Shown in pieces: positions 28,806-38,913 of a stretch of DNA of 64,000 nt. Source of the DNA: Verrucomicrobiota bacterium. Lineage in GTDB: Bacteria; Verrucomicrobiota; Lentisphaeria; Lentisphaerales; Lentisphaeraceae. The notes beneath the pieces were generated by a model, which saw nothing but the letters and a program-made list of their open reading frames with translations, ran no database searches and was not told the origin of the DNA. Positions within the stretch are counted from its first letter, which is position 1; each line of letters begins with the position of its first letter. The position numbers and the translations under genes were made by a program. The DNA lies in contig JBDKFG010000004.1 of NCBI GenBank assembly GCA_039798785.1, positions 48,562 to 112,561 of the forward strand. The letters run 5' to 3'.

Positions 28806-30470
28806 TCATGGCTTGGGGGTCCCTGGAAGCACATAATACACCCCGCGATGTACCCCGTGAGATTCGATGGCCGATTGATCGAGTAGACGCTTGATGAGCC
28901 GCTTAGCTTGCATCTCGGTCATCCTGCACAGCTCCATCACATCGGCTCGTTTGATAGAGCCATGCTGGGAGATGTAGTTCAGCACCATTTGCTCCTGCTG
29001 GATGGCGGTGAATCCCGCTTGGCGGGTGTAGGCGGCTTTGCCAGCGCTCGCCTGGTAGAGTCCGGCGGAAAGGGTGTAGCTGCGGCTGCGGTTGGCACCG
29101 TGCGCCACCACTAGTCCGGCCTCGATGAGTTTTTCCAGTGACTTCCTGGCACTCAAGGCGTCGCGCTGGATGCGTTCGGCCAGCTCTTCCGCACTGAGGC
29201 GCTTGAGGTCACGCAAGGCCGCGAGGGCAATCAGGCTGTCAATCGGCAGGTCGCGCTGGGTCCGGTTTTCCTCTTCGGCGACCAAACGGCGGAAGTCCAG
29301 GTCGGCGGCATCGGTCGGCAGGCGCAAGACGACGTTGTGGGCGTCGGTGCGGCTGTAGTCCGGAGCGGGACGCCCGAACTTCAACAAGCCGCGGTAGATG
29401 GTGTCGACGCCGCGACCGGAGCGCTCGACCAGGCCGATGCGCTTCATCGCGTCCGCCAAGGCCCGGTTGCGCGGACGAGGCTCGGTCACCAGAAGATTGC
29501 TCAGGGTCACGCCTTCCATCAGGCCGCCGGGGTTGCTGACCACCAGGGCTTCGTCCTCGAGGCGGACATGGACCGCACCGAGGCGGTGGTAGTCGCGGTG
29601 GATCAACGCGTTGGCGACGGCTTCGCGGAAGCTGCCGAGGTCGACCAGGGGAACCGGAACCCGGAACAGGCCGACTTGGATCTCCTGCTCGGGATTGTAG
29701 GGGCGGAAGTTGGTCTCCAGCCAATCCATACCCTTGAGCAAAGGGAAACGCCGGAATTCATTAAAACGCACGGCCTGCTGGGCCATCACCTGGAAGGCGA
29801 ATTCGTGGGTCGGCACGAGGCGCTGCAGCGAAGCCTCCCGCCCAATCAAAAGCAGACCGCAGAGTGTCGGCACCCGACGACCGTCTTCCAGACGCTGGGT
29901 CATACCCAAGGCGCCATCCAAGGCTTCATCGTCGAGCTCCAAGAGGATCCGGTCGCCGCCAAACCTTTGCACACACTGGCGAAGGCGTTCGCGCTCAAGC
30001 GGATCGAAGTCATCCAAGCTCGCTCCGGCGACGGCTTGGGCCGAGACGTCGATCAGCCCGAAGGTGGAGGCGCGGCTGATCCGGTCGTGTGGCAGCATGG
30101 GGACGCATTCGGGAGTGCCATCCGGCTTAAGGCGTCGCCGCAGATAGACGCCGCTGCTGCTTGCCACTTCATGCGCCGACTTAGGGACAAGAATTCGAGC
30201 CAGCGGCAGCCCGGCGATCTCGACGGCCTCCACTTCAACGCTCAGGGAGGGCGAGCTGCGGGCGGCGATCAAGCCGCTCAAGCCCTTGAGGTTTTTGTGC
30301 TCCGGATGCAGCCCGGTGGGAGTGCCGTCGTCCTCAATGCCGAGCCATAGCTCGCCGCCGTCCGTGTTGGCCAGGCCGATGACGGCTTCGATCAGCTCGG
30401 AGTCCGGCAGGCGCTTGCGGTCGCTCTTGAACTCGACCGTGAGGCTTTCGTGAGGAGGTGGCTGGATCAT
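28806..30470 (-). CDS. AlbA_2 (Schlafen-like) + HATPase_c_4 + wHTH protein
   Basis: ESLTVEFKSD, LANTDGGELWLGIEDDG, EAVANALIHRDY, PRNRALA and VERSGRGV motifs. Likely start at 30470. Confidence 0.85.
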   Translation of the reverse strand: MIQPPPHESLTVEFKSDRKRLPDSELIEAVIGLANTDGGELWLGIEDDGTPTGLHPEHKNLKGLSGLIAARSSPSLSVEVEAVEIAGLPLARILVPKSAHEVASSSGVYLRRRLKPDGTPECVPMLPHDRISRASTFGLIDVSAQAVAGASLDDFDPLERERLRQCVQRFGGDRILLELDDEALDGALGMTQRLEDGRRVPTLCGLLLIGREASLQRLVPTHEFAFQVMAQQAVRFNEFRRFPLLKGMDWLETNFRPYNPEQEIQVGLFRVPVPLVDLGSFREAVANALIHRDYHRLGAVHVRLEDEALVVSNPGGLMEGVTLSNLLVTEPRPRNRALADAMKRIGLVERSGRGVDTIYRGLLKFGRPAPDYSRTDAHNVVLRLPTDAADLDFRRLVAEEENRTQRDLPIDSLIALAALRDLKRLSAEELAERIQRDALSARKSLEKLIEAGLVVAHGANRSRSYTLSAGLYQASAGKAAYTRQAGFTAIQQEQMVLNYISQHGSIKRADVMELCRMTEMQAKRLIKRLLDQSAIESHGVHRGVYYVLPGTPKP

Positions 30471-30534
30471 GGAGGGCTCAGGGCTGGGGGTGGTTTTGAG
30501 ATAACTCGACCGTCTCGGGCGTGCGAGGCGGAAT

Positions 30535-30810
30535 CTACAGGTAGGACTCGGCGCTACGGAGGGCGAGGGCGGATTCTTCGGGGTTCTTTTCATCTTCGAG
30601 GAATTCGTGGGCGGCGTGGATTTCGTTGATGAGTTTTTCCCAGAGGTAGTATTTCTGCGATTTTTCGTCGAGTTTCAAGCTCTCGATGTGTTCACGCACG
30701 AGCATGATCAGATCCATGATTTCTCCGGCGAGTTTGGGCCATTGGCGTTTGGGCGCCATTTCGACCTGGTTGGCGAGCGAGAGGAGTCGGAGGGAGAGTG
30801 CGGGTTTCAT
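30535..30810 (-). CDS. Small hypothetical protein
   Basis: 91-aa ORF whose ATG overlaps the YhcG stop. Confidence 0.55.
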   Translation of the reverse strand: MKPALSLRLLSLANQVEMAPKRQWPKLAGEIMDLIMLVREHIESLKLDEKSQKYYLWEKLINEIHAAHEFLEDEKNPEESALALRSAESYL

Positions 30811-32066
30811 GGTCGGTCTTTGGCCTCGGTTTGTTCAAGAAGTTGCGCCTCGATCAGTTGCCGTTCGCGGAGGAGTTCCCGGGCGAGTTCCTCTTCACTG
30901 GGCAAATGAAGCAGGTATTTCGAGGCGAAGATCTGTTTGCGTTCGTTGAGGACGGAGTATTTGGCGACGGCTTCGTTTTTATCGGTGCAGAGGATCAGGC
31001 CGATGGTCGGGTTGTCGCCTTCGGAAGTGTAGAGGTCGTCGTACATGCGGACATAACCATCCATCTGGCCGACATCCTGGTGACTCACCTCATCCATCTT
31101 TAGGTCGATCAGGACGAAGCACTTAAGGATGCAGTTGTAGAAGACCAGGTCGACGTAGTAATCAGTCTCGTTGAAGCGTAGGCGTTTTTGGCGGGCGACG
31201 AAGGCGAATCCCTTGCCTAGTTCGAGGAGGAAGTGCTGGAGGCGGCTCATGATTGCCGCTTCCAATTGCGTCTCATGGAGAGCGCTGGCGTTGGGGAGAT
31301 TGAGGAACTCCAGAACATAGGGGTGCTTGAGCGCGTCGACCGCAGGAGATTTGACGGCGACTTCGCTGCGGGCCGTTTCGATCATCTTCTGGGGATTCTG
31401 GCTCTTGAGCATCCGCTCGTAGTAGAAAGAGCGGATGTGCCGCTCCAAGCCGCGTTTGTCCCAGCCACAGGCGATCGCCTCCGATTCGTAGAAGTCTCGA
31501 GCCGCGGCGTTCTCGACTCGCATCAAGGCCCGGTAGTGGGACCAGCTCAGTTGCGCCGAGAAACCAGTCGATTGAACCCCATTTAATAATTGAGGATCAA
31601 CGGATTGTAATAGGTCGCTCAATGGGTGACCTATTTGAGTGGCAGTTTGAGGAGCTGACTCCGGGGAGGCCGATGCAATTAGCTTGGATTTTGATTTATC
31701 CGATTGTTTATCAAGGATTTCAAATTCGGCACCCAATGGGTGCCGAATTGGCGGCAGGCGCGACGGGTAGGTCAGGAAGAACTTGCGAAAGGCCTTGAGG
31801 TTGACCTCGGAGAATCCTTCGCCGTAATGACTGTTCAGCCGCTTGGAAAGGTCTTCGATGACTTTTTTGCCATACTCCGCCCGCTCTTCCCCGCCTTGCA
31901 GCTCGAGGACGATTTCCCTTCCGATCAGCCAGTAGGCGGTGACCATGTTGGTATTGACGGCCCGAACGACATTGCCCCGAGCCTGTTCGAGGATGCCGAC
32001 GACGCGGTCGAAGAGTGCCGGTGCGGGGCTGGTGGCGGTGACGGGGGCTGGAGTTTTCTTTTTCAT
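30807..32066 (-). CDS. yhcG: YhcG / DUF1016 PD-(D/E)XK nuclease-family protein
   Basis: YWLIGREI, LSWSHY, PYVLEFL, LLELGKGFAFVARQ, VDLVFYN and GQMDGYV motifs. Confidence 0.92.
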   Translation of the reverse strand: MKKKTPAPVTATSPAPALFDRVVGILEQARGNVVRAVNTNMVTAYWLIGREIVLELQGGEERAEYGKKVIEDLSKRLNSHYGEGFSEVNLKAFRKFFLTYPSRLPPIRHPLGAEFEILDKQSDKSKSKLIASASPESAPQTATQIGHPLSDLLQSVDPQLLNGVQSTGFSAQLSWSHYRALMRVENAAARDFYESEAIACGWDKRGLERHIRSFYYERMLKSQNPQKMIETARSEVAVKSPAVDALKHPYVLEFLNLPNASALHETQLEAAIMSRLQHFLLELGKGFAFVARQKRLRFNETDYYVDLVFYNCILKCFVLIDLKMDEVSHQDVGQMDGYVRMYDDLYTSEGDNPTIGLILCTDKNEAVAKYSVLNERKQIFASKYLLHLPSEEELARELLRERQLIEAQLLEQTEAKDRP

Positions 32067-32106
32067 GAAGTGCGGGGCTTGCGCTGGGGTTTTGGCATCG
32101 GGGCGT

Positions 32107-35100
32107 TCACACCGGCCAGAGGTAGGCGAGGCCGATGGGTTCGACTCGGGTGCTGACGACCTGATAGAACTGGGCGACGCGGGCGGGTTCGGTGACCAGG
32201 GCCTGGTCGACCTCGTTGAGCCATTTCTGCCAGTATTTGCGGTTGGCGGCGAACTGGCGCTGCTCGGCTTTCATCGCTTCGGTTTCCGGCAGGGCGAGGA
32301 AGAGCTGGCCCTCTTCGTTGGGGGCGCCGTCGAGCTGGCGTTTGACGCGGTTGCGCTGCTGGGTGAGGATGCTTCGGAGGTTCTCGGCTTCCTCCTTGCC
32401 GCGACTGGCGAGGCGGGCGTTGGCGTCGGCGAGGCTTTCGGCGGCGCGTTCCTGCAGGTGCGGCAGGAGTTGGGAAATGTCGGTGGCGAGAGAGGCCTTG
32501 AGCTGCATCTGGACTTCCTCGGGGACGAGTTTGCCGGAGCGGGCGGCGAGGAGGCCGTCTTCGAGAAGCTGCAAGGTCTTGTCCTCGGCGGCGGATTTGA
32601 AGGGGGTAAGCGGGGCTTTGCGTTGGGCGAGTTCCTGCCAACGGGCGGTGACGGCGATCACCTCCTCGTGGAGGCGGACGGCTCCAGGTCCGTAGATGGC
32701 GACGCGGCCGAGGATGACGACGCGCGGGGTGCTGTCCTCGCTTTGCGCAAGGCAGGCGCGGGAGAGGTCGTGATGGACGAAGCCCTGGGCGAGGAAGCGG
32801 CCGAGGAGGCGGCGGGTGATGCGGTGCTCGAGGTGGATCTGGACCGCGCCGTCATCAATGCCTTCGGGCGGATCGAAGACGACGGGACGGACGGGGGATT
32901 GGCGGCGCCATTCCCAATCGCGTTTGCCGTTATCCGGAGCAGCGCGGAGGCTGTCGAGGGTGCCGGACCAGGAGGGGTCGGCGCCGCGTCGAGTGTCGAG
33001 GTTAGGGAAGGCCCAGCGTTGAGGTGAACCGGGGAGGGGAGGGAGGGACTGGAGCGGCTCGGCGCCGAGGAGATTGAGGGAGCAGCCGAGGGCTTCGCGG
33101 AAGTGCGCCATGTCGAGGCCGATGTGTTGACGAGAGGCGGCAAGCTGGCGATCGAGACTCTTGATCTGCTGCTGCAATCTGTCGCGACGCTTCGCTACGA
33201 TGGCTTCGTCGGGATCTTCGAGTTCTTCGCGGGCGGCTTTCACCTGGTCGTCCTGGGTGAAGAGCATGTGCTGGAGGAGGACATCGATATCCTGGCGGCG
33301 GATGCCGTTTTCGAGCGTGTCGGCGAGGCGGCGTTCGAGGACCTTGGAGAGCGAGCCGAGTTCCTGCTGGATGGTTTCTGTCTTGCGGACGAGGGTCTGG
33401 AGGACGCGGTCTTCGGGCCGTTGTTCGTAGAAGAAATAGCGGCAGTTGACGACGGGCGAGGGTTGGAGCTTGCGGTCGATGCGGCCGTTGCGCTGTTCGA
33501 GGCGGCCCGGGTTCCAGGGGACATCGAAGTGGACGAGGTCGTGGCAATGAGCCTGGAGGTTGAGACCTTCGCGGGCGGCGTCGGTGCAGACCAGGATGCG
33601 GACCGGCGCTTCCTCCGGGGGCAGGTTGAAGGCGCGTTTGATGGCCTCGCGTTTTTCCGAGCTGGTGGGGCCGTGGAAGACCTCGATGCGGGCGCTGTCG
33701 GCTTCGGTGCCGCGGATGGCGGCCTGGAGCATGTTGACGAGGTAGCGCTTCGAGTCGTCCCATTCGGTGAAGATGATGAGGCGGCGTCCGGTCCAGGCGC
33801 AACCGGGGCGGGCGGCGGATTGCCCGGGGACGCCGATGCCCGGGCATTGGTGCTCGCGGATCCATTCAAGCAGCTTGAGGATACGGGCGTCGGGGAGGTT
33901 GCGAGTGGCATTGGCGAGGGCGGCCATCTTGTCGAGGAGGGTTCGTTCATTGGCGACCTGGCCGGAGCTGCCGGCGGCGAGGGTAGCGCGCTCCATCTGG
34001 CGATCTTGAAGTTTAACGAGTTCCTCTTCCGGCAGTTCCGCTTCGTCGTCATCGGCTTCGACCGGGCCTTTGAGGGAAATCCGCCCGGCACCGGCGGGGG
34101 CGCTTTCCCCGGCCCAGAGTCGTTCCATGCTGCGGCGGTGGACATCGAGGGTGCGGGCAAAGGCTTCGATCGAGGAGAGCAGGCGTTGCTGCAGGTGGGT
34201 GAGAACCATCATCGCTTCGTTGCGCTGGCGTTTGCCGGCGGCAGACAGGCCGTCGAGGCGGAGTTCGCGATAGTCATCGAGGAGGCGGCAGAGCAAGAGC
34301 TCGGGAGCGTCGTCGGGAAGGCCGGCGATGTCGATCTGTTCGACGCGGCGTTCGGCGAAGCCGCCGGAGATCGAGCGGATGTCCTCCTTGAGGCGGCGGA
34401 CCATGACGGCGTCGAGGTTTTCCTTGACCACTTTGACGCCGCGGGTGAAGCGTTGCGGGTCGAGGATTTCGAGGAGGGCGCTGAAGCTGTTGGAGTGGCC
34501 ATTGTGGGGGGTGGCGGAGAGGAAGAGGCGGTGCTCGAAGCGGCCGGCGAGGTCGCGGACGATACGGGTGAACTTCGAGTCGATGGCGTAGCGCGAGCCG
34601 CTGGCGGGGGCGGCGTGGTGGGCTTCATCGAGAATGAGCAGCGAGTTCGGCGACAGGGTGCCGAGCCAATCGCGCATCGGAGTGCTGTAGTTTTCGTCGA
34701 TGAGCAGCTTGTGCGAGACGAGGAAGCGCGGGTAAGTGGTCCAGGGGTTGACGCTGAAGCCGCGTTCCTGGCGGATGCGTTCCATGTAGGCGCGGTCCAT
34801 GATCTCGAAGATCAGGCCGAAGCGGGTTTCCAGTTCGTCCTTCCACTGCATCAGCATCGAGGGCGGGCAGGCGACGACGATGTCGCTCACCCGGCGGCGG
34901 AGCAGCAACTCGGAGGCGATGAGGCCGGCTTCGATGGTCTTGCCGAGGCCGACGTCATCGGCGATGAAGAGGTTGACGCGCGGCATGAGCAGCGCCTTGC
35001 GCAGCGGTTCGAGCTGGTAGGAATCGATGCGGATGCCGGCGCGGAAGGGCGACTGGAAGAGCTTCGGATCGGTGGCGGTGACGCAGTTCCAGCGCAGGCT

Positions 35101-35358
35101 ATGGACGTAGGAGCTGAAGAAAGAGACATCATCGAAGCCTTTAGCACCGATGCGTTTCCAGGTGTCTTCGCCGATGATTTCGGTGCCCAGCTCCATTTCC
35201 CAGACGACCTCGGAACTCATCCCTTGGGCGTCGTCATCGACACAGGCGAGGCGGAGCAGGGTGCCGAGACCGGCGGTGGGCTCGACCGCTTCGACCAAGT
35301 GATGGCGGGTGCGGACCTTGACGATATCGCCCGATTTCGGGAGCTGGGAGCTGAGCAT
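32107..35358 (-). CDS. drmD: DISARM DrmD, SNF2-like helicase
   Basis: LFQSPFRAGI, ADDVGLGKTIEAG, DEAHH, SATPHNG, TDAAREGLNLQ and LEQRNGRIDR motifs; ends EPIGLAYLWPV. Confidence 0.92.
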   Translation of the reverse strand: MLSSQLPKSGDIVKVRTRHHLVEAVEPTAGLGTLLRLACVDDDAQGMSSEVVWEMELGTEIIGEDTWKRIGAKGFDDVSFFSSYVHSLRWNCVTATDPKLFQSPFRAGIRIDSYQLEPLRKALLMPRVNLFIADDVGLGKTIEAGLIASELLLRRRVSDIVVACPPSMLMQWKDELETRFGLIFEIMDRAYMERIRQERGFSVNPWTTYPRFLVSHKLLIDENYSTPMRDWLGTLSPNSLLILDEAHHAAPASGSRYAIDSKFTRIVRDLAGRFEHRLFLSATPHNGHSNSFSALLEILDPQRFTRGVKVVKENLDAVMVRRLKEDIRSISGGFAERRVEQIDIAGLPDDAPELLLCRLLDDYRELRLDGLSAAGKRQRNEAMMVLTHLQQRLLSSIEAFARTLDVHRRSMERLWAGESAPAGAGRISLKGPVEADDDEAELPEEELVKLQDRQMERATLAAGSSGQVANERTLLDKMAALANATRNLPDARILKLLEWIREHQCPGIGVPGQSAARPGCAWTGRRLIIFTEWDDSKRYLVNMLQAAIRGTEADSARIEVFHGPTSSEKREAIKRAFNLPPEEAPVRILVCTDAAREGLNLQAHCHDLVHFDVPWNPGRLEQRNGRIDRKLQPSPVVNCRYFFYEQRPEDRVLQTLVRKTETIQQELGSLSKVLERRLADTLENGIRRQDIDVLLQHMLFTQDDQVKAAREELEDPDEAIVAKRRDRLQQQIKSLDRQLAASRQHIGLDMAHFREALGCSLNLLGAEPLQSLPPLPGSPQRWAFPNLDTRRGADPSWSGTLDSLRAAPDNGKRDWEWRRQSPVRPVVFDPPEGIDDGAVQIHLEHRITRRLLGRFLAQGFVHHDLSRACLAQSEDSTPRVVILGRVAIYGPGAVRLHEEVIAVTARWQELAQRKAPLTPFKSAAEDKTLQLLEDGLLAARSGKLVPEEVQMQLKASLATDISQLLPHLQERAAESLADANARLASRGKEEAENLRSILTQQRNRVKRQLDGAPNEEGQLFLALPETEAMKAEQRQFAANRKYWQKWLNEVDQALVTEPARVAQFYQVVSTRVEPIGLAYLWPV

Positions 35359-35759
35359 GAAGGGGATCTCCGGAGATTGCTGGCGGGGAATATAGCTGCG
35401 GCGATAGCTTGTGAAGCCGAGGATTGATCAGATCACCGCCACATCCGTTTTAACTAGGAGTGTCGCATCACCGAGCGTAGCGTGGCGTGTAGCGCACGAA
35501 GTTGTCCGTCGTGTCACCTTGCCGAGGAAGATTAGGATCATACTTGCGACATAATCGAGTCACAGGTCTGGAGTCTGAAGGGCGTGCATAGTAACCGGAA
35601 ATTTCGAATATTTTCTTGTCATTGAAGGAGTTCCCGATCACTTGGAGATAGACCATCTTGCCTAGGCCGGATCGAACCATCTGGTAGGCATCGTTGACAA
35701 AGTCGTAGGAGCAGGAGGCATAGCCCCAGCTCATCAATCGACGAATCGATTGAAGTATT

Positions 35760-35787
35760 GATATCCATAAGATTGATTATGCGAAAA
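35760..35787 (+). other. dif-like site, candidate attL
   Basis: 11-6-11 layout GATATCCATAA-GATTGA-TTATGCGAAAA with the CATAA-N6-TTATG inner dyad of Xer sites. Confidence 0.55.
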
Positions 35788-36147
35788 GATCTCGCCGCCG
35801 CTCAAACGTGCGGCGGAACGGCCCTAGAGCACGGTATACCTGTTCGTCAAATCGCCTTTTTTTCGAGTCCCCCGCGTTTGGCCTTCCTTGCAGGCTAACA
35901 GATATTCACGTTGGTGAGTTTTGCGGGGTGAAAAAATGATTTACATTCATCCTCCATTGGTTGTTGGATTGTTTTGCATTCTTCCGTCAATTTCTCATGT
36001 TCCTGAAGGTCCATATCTTCTTGAATATATGGATTATGGAATTGGTGAAACTTGTTTATGTGGTTCAAAAATGATTAAGTCTTTCAATCAGAGCAATAAT
36101 GTTTTCTATTTTTGTTTAACCTGCAAAAACTCGAGGATTTAAAAAAA

Positions 36148-36651
36148 ATGGAATCACAAACATTGTACTTTGGCAGTCCGGCTCCAGTTGGTGGCAGGTA
36201 TTTACGATCTTATGATAAGCGCCGAATTGAATATGATCCTGTAACTGAAAAACCAACTGCTGATTCAGATTATGTTCATTACGTTAGATATGAAGATTTT
36301 GAAGTAAAAAATAAACCTGAATGCTTAATTTGTAGGATAAACGTAAATATTTGTAGGAAAACTGAGCCATTTTACCTTGGAATGTTTGAAAAACAGTATC
36401 GTGATGAAGTCAAATCATCTTTAAAATTTTACATTGCTTATTATTCACCGTCTTTTGAATTGATTAAAAAAGGATATTATCAGGTTAAAGTTCCACCCAA
36501 TCTTATGTCTTACACTCAAAAATGTATGTCTCAGCTTAGATCTGCTTTGGATCATGAATGTAATGAATTAGAATCAATTGCCGATGAAATTGAAGATTTT
36601 AGATACCTTTTTCATAAAAATAAAGCTCAATATAATAAAGGGCAAATTTAA
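36148..36651 (+). CDS. Prophage hypothetical protein (AT-rich)
   Basis: Open frame from MESQTLYF, coupled to the next gene (TAATG). Confidence 0.65.
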   Translation: MESQTLYFGSPAPVGGRYLRSYDKRRIEYDPVTEKPTADSDYVHYVRYEDFEVKNKPECLICRINVNICRKTEPFYLGMFEKQYRDEVKSSLKFYIAYYSPSFELIKKGYYQVKVPPNLMSYTQKCMSQLRSALDHECNELESIADEIEDFRYLFHKNKAQYNKGQI

Positions 36652-36983
36652 TGAATCTTTATCCATACATCACGCAAAAGACTGATGAGCCGTGGCTAAT
36701 CGCGATTCCTGGTCTTCCTCCTCGTCACGTTCAGAGACTTTTGTACTTTGCCCAAAACTGTGAGCGCCTGGGCTGCGTTCCTCCCTTCTCAAGAGATGAG
36801 CTAGCCGCGATCTATTGCTATCTGATCAGCGAGGCCCGCAGTCCTGAAGAGACTGCTCGTTTTGTTTGTCAGCTTCCTTTGCCGATTTTTCGCCCCAAAT
36901 TCGAAGTCAAGGTTCCTCGTCCTCAGTCTCTTGGCCGTCCTCGTAGTCGGCGTGTTGGTACTGATCATCCCAGACTTTTCTAA
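36651..36983 (+). CDS. Prophage hypothetical protein
   Basis: 110-aa ORF whose ATG overlaps the previous stop. Confidence 0.55.
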   Translation: MNLYPYITQKTDEPWLIAIPGLPPRHVQRLLYFAQNCERLGCVPPFSRDELAAIYCYLISEARSPEETARFVCQLPLPIFRPKFEVKVPRPQSLGRPRSRRVGTDHPRLF

Positions 36984-37037
36984 CCCCTTCCCGGCTGACT
37001 GACTCAGTCGGAAGCTAAAAAACAAGGATACAAAAAA

Positions 37038-37532
37038 ATGAGCACAGCAGAAAAAAACCTCCGTACTCCCGAAGTTCTCAAAGCTGAGGAAGCGGATTTC
37101 AAGGCTTTCAATGAGCAGAAAGCCAAGGTTCAGAAGCTCCACCTGGATAAGATGGCCGACAAGCTGAAAGAAGTCGCTCATGTCCCAAAGTTTGGTCCCT
37201 GCATGTTTGCAGGCGTTTACCCTGCTACTACATACGGCGCCGACGGCAAAGCGGTCGAGCTTGAAGGAAAAGTCAAGCTTAAATTCATGTCTGCCCAGGG
37301 TGAATTCATGCTTACCGCCGATGATCATTTGACGCCTATTCTTCCCAATGGTGAAAAGCCAGGAAAAGAAGATCGTTTCTTGATCTCTTTTACCCTGACC
37401 GATAAAAATCAGAGTGTCAACCGTTATAATCCTAACACTAAAGAAAGTACTACGGCTAAACAAACGGGTTGGCTTCCTGATGAGCTTCTGAGATGGAAGC
37501 TTCTCCCTCGTGAAACCCTCTCGTTCGATTAA
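37038..37532 (+). CDS. Prophage protein, possible ssDNA-binding (pV-like) protein
   Basis: AAGGA RBS, beta-rich sequence, adjacent to rep. Function inferred from position only. Confidence 0.5.
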   Translation: MSTAEKNLRTPEVLKAEEADFKAFNEQKAKVQKLHLDKMADKLKEVAHVPKFGPCMFAGVYPATTYGADGKAVELEGKVKLKFMSAQGEFMLTADDHLTPILPNGEKPGKEDRFLISFTLTDKNQSVNRYNPNTKESTTAKQTGWLPDELLRWKLLPRETLSFD

Positions 37533-38787
37533 TCGGAGGGCCTTGGGAATGCAGTTCAACGGTCTTCAAGTCAAGCGCTTGTCTTGCGACAAAATTACAT
37601 TGATCGCTGCTTGTCCTGCATTCTCGGGCTCTGAGGGTTTGAGCTTCGCGGAAAACGTGGCTAAGGAATGGCAACCTTTCGGTTCTTCCGGTCTTCCTTC
37701 TCCGCATTACATGTTTGGTCGTTCGGTTCATGGTATCGCTCTTAACTGGGGCAAAGAAACCAAGCTTCATAAGCGCGTTTTGGAAAATGAATATTGTGAC
37801 CTCTCTTCTGGTTGTAAGAAAAAACAGGTCGCGGATATTCATCAAAAAACGGCTTTTAATCTCCGGATTGAGTTCAATCCAAATAAATCCTCTCTTTCCT
37901 TGGTGCGTGACTTCTTCGATGCGGCGTATCCTGAGCGTTGTTCGATTACTTCCCCTGTGAAGGTTTCCCGTTTTGATAGCGCTCTAGACTATCATGATCC
38001 GATTGATATCCGCTTTATTGATTCTTCAGCTCTGCGGAATGGTTCGATCTACTTCACGGGTCCAAGGCCCGAGACTCTGTACCTGGGAAGCTCTGCTGCC
38101 GGTGGCCGGCTTCTTCGTTGCTATGATAAGCGCCGCGAGCAGATAGCCCGGGGCAATCAGTGGCTTTCTGGATCCGTCTTGGAAGGCTCGATCTCTGAGC
38201 GTTATAGTCACCCCCTCGCTTCCCAGATGTCAGCTGCAGGTCGTGGTTTGGCGGTCGTCAATGGTGAGATTGCTAACGTTCCTTTCGATTACGATGATGA
38301 CGCCGCGACAACGGCCTGTGATGACCCTGAGGCGGTGGATGGTCTTTCCGGGATTGATCATTGGTGGCGAATTGAAATGCAGGATCGCCGGGAATGCTGC
38401 TTCTCTAAGCTCAAAAGTCACTATGTCGACACTTTCAACGATGTTTTCGCTTATGATATGCCTCTTGGGGATCAAGAGCTAGTCAAATCATTAATGCTTA
38501 CAGGCCGTAAAAAGGTTTCAGATTCAGATCTTGCGTTGATTCTTTTTGCGGCTAATGCTTTAGTTATTGGTAACCAACATCACCACTTCAGATATCTTTT
38601 GGATCTTTTAGATGAAAAACGGCGCTTATCCGTTCAACGTCTCCTTCGTCAATGGCATAAAACCGATTTCATCGGCGGTTATTTCCGTTCAAATTGTGTT
38701 GATATGTTCATTGAAACTGAAAAACACCTTTCCCCTCTTCTTAAACATTTCCACCCTCTTTCACTTATGGGAATTTCTGCTTCATGA
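37510..38787 (+). CDS. Rolling-circle replication initiator, Rep_trans-like
   Basis: RIEFNPNK, SRFDSALD, ETLYLGS, LRCYDK and WWRIE motifs. Start may be ATG 37549. Confidence 0.8.
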   Translation: MKPSRSINRRALGMQFNGLQVKRLSCDKITLIAACPAFSGSEGLSFAENVAKEWQPFGSSGLPSPHYMFGRSVHGIALNWGKETKLHKRVLENEYCDLSSGCKKKQVADIHQKTAFNLRIEFNPNKSSLSLVRDFFDAAYPERCSITSPVKVSRFDSALDYHDPIDIRFIDSSALRNGSIYFTGPRPETLYLGSSAAGGRLLRCYDKRREQIARGNQWLSGSVLEGSISERYSHPLASQMSAAGRGLAVVNGEIANVPFDYDDDAATTACDDPEAVDGLSGIDHWWRIEMQDRRECCFSKLKSHYVDTFNDVFAYDMPLGDQELVKSLMLTGRKKVSDSDLALILFAANALVIGNQHHHFRYLLDLLDEKRRLSVQRLLRQWHKTDFIGGYFRSNCVDMFIETEKHLSPLLKHFHPLSLMGISAS

Positions 38788-38913
38788 GCACTCAAACCGA
38801 ACAAAAACTCGAAACTGATCAATGGTCTTCCCCGGCCTTTGATGCGGCATGCCTTCGCGAAATGGCCTTTCTTATAGAACATTTTAAAAAGAAAAAACAA
38901 AAGGAAACCCAAA

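Noticed and set aside
5356..35427. Long antisense or alternate-frame ORFs (e.g. 6042-8327, 9079-10530, 27237-28535, 33103-35427)
   Set aside because: They are shadow ORFs of high-GC genes that have clear motifs in another frame or on the other strand.
35468..35737. 89-aa minus-strand ORF
   Set aside because: It has no recognisable motif or RBS, so I cannot support it as a gene.
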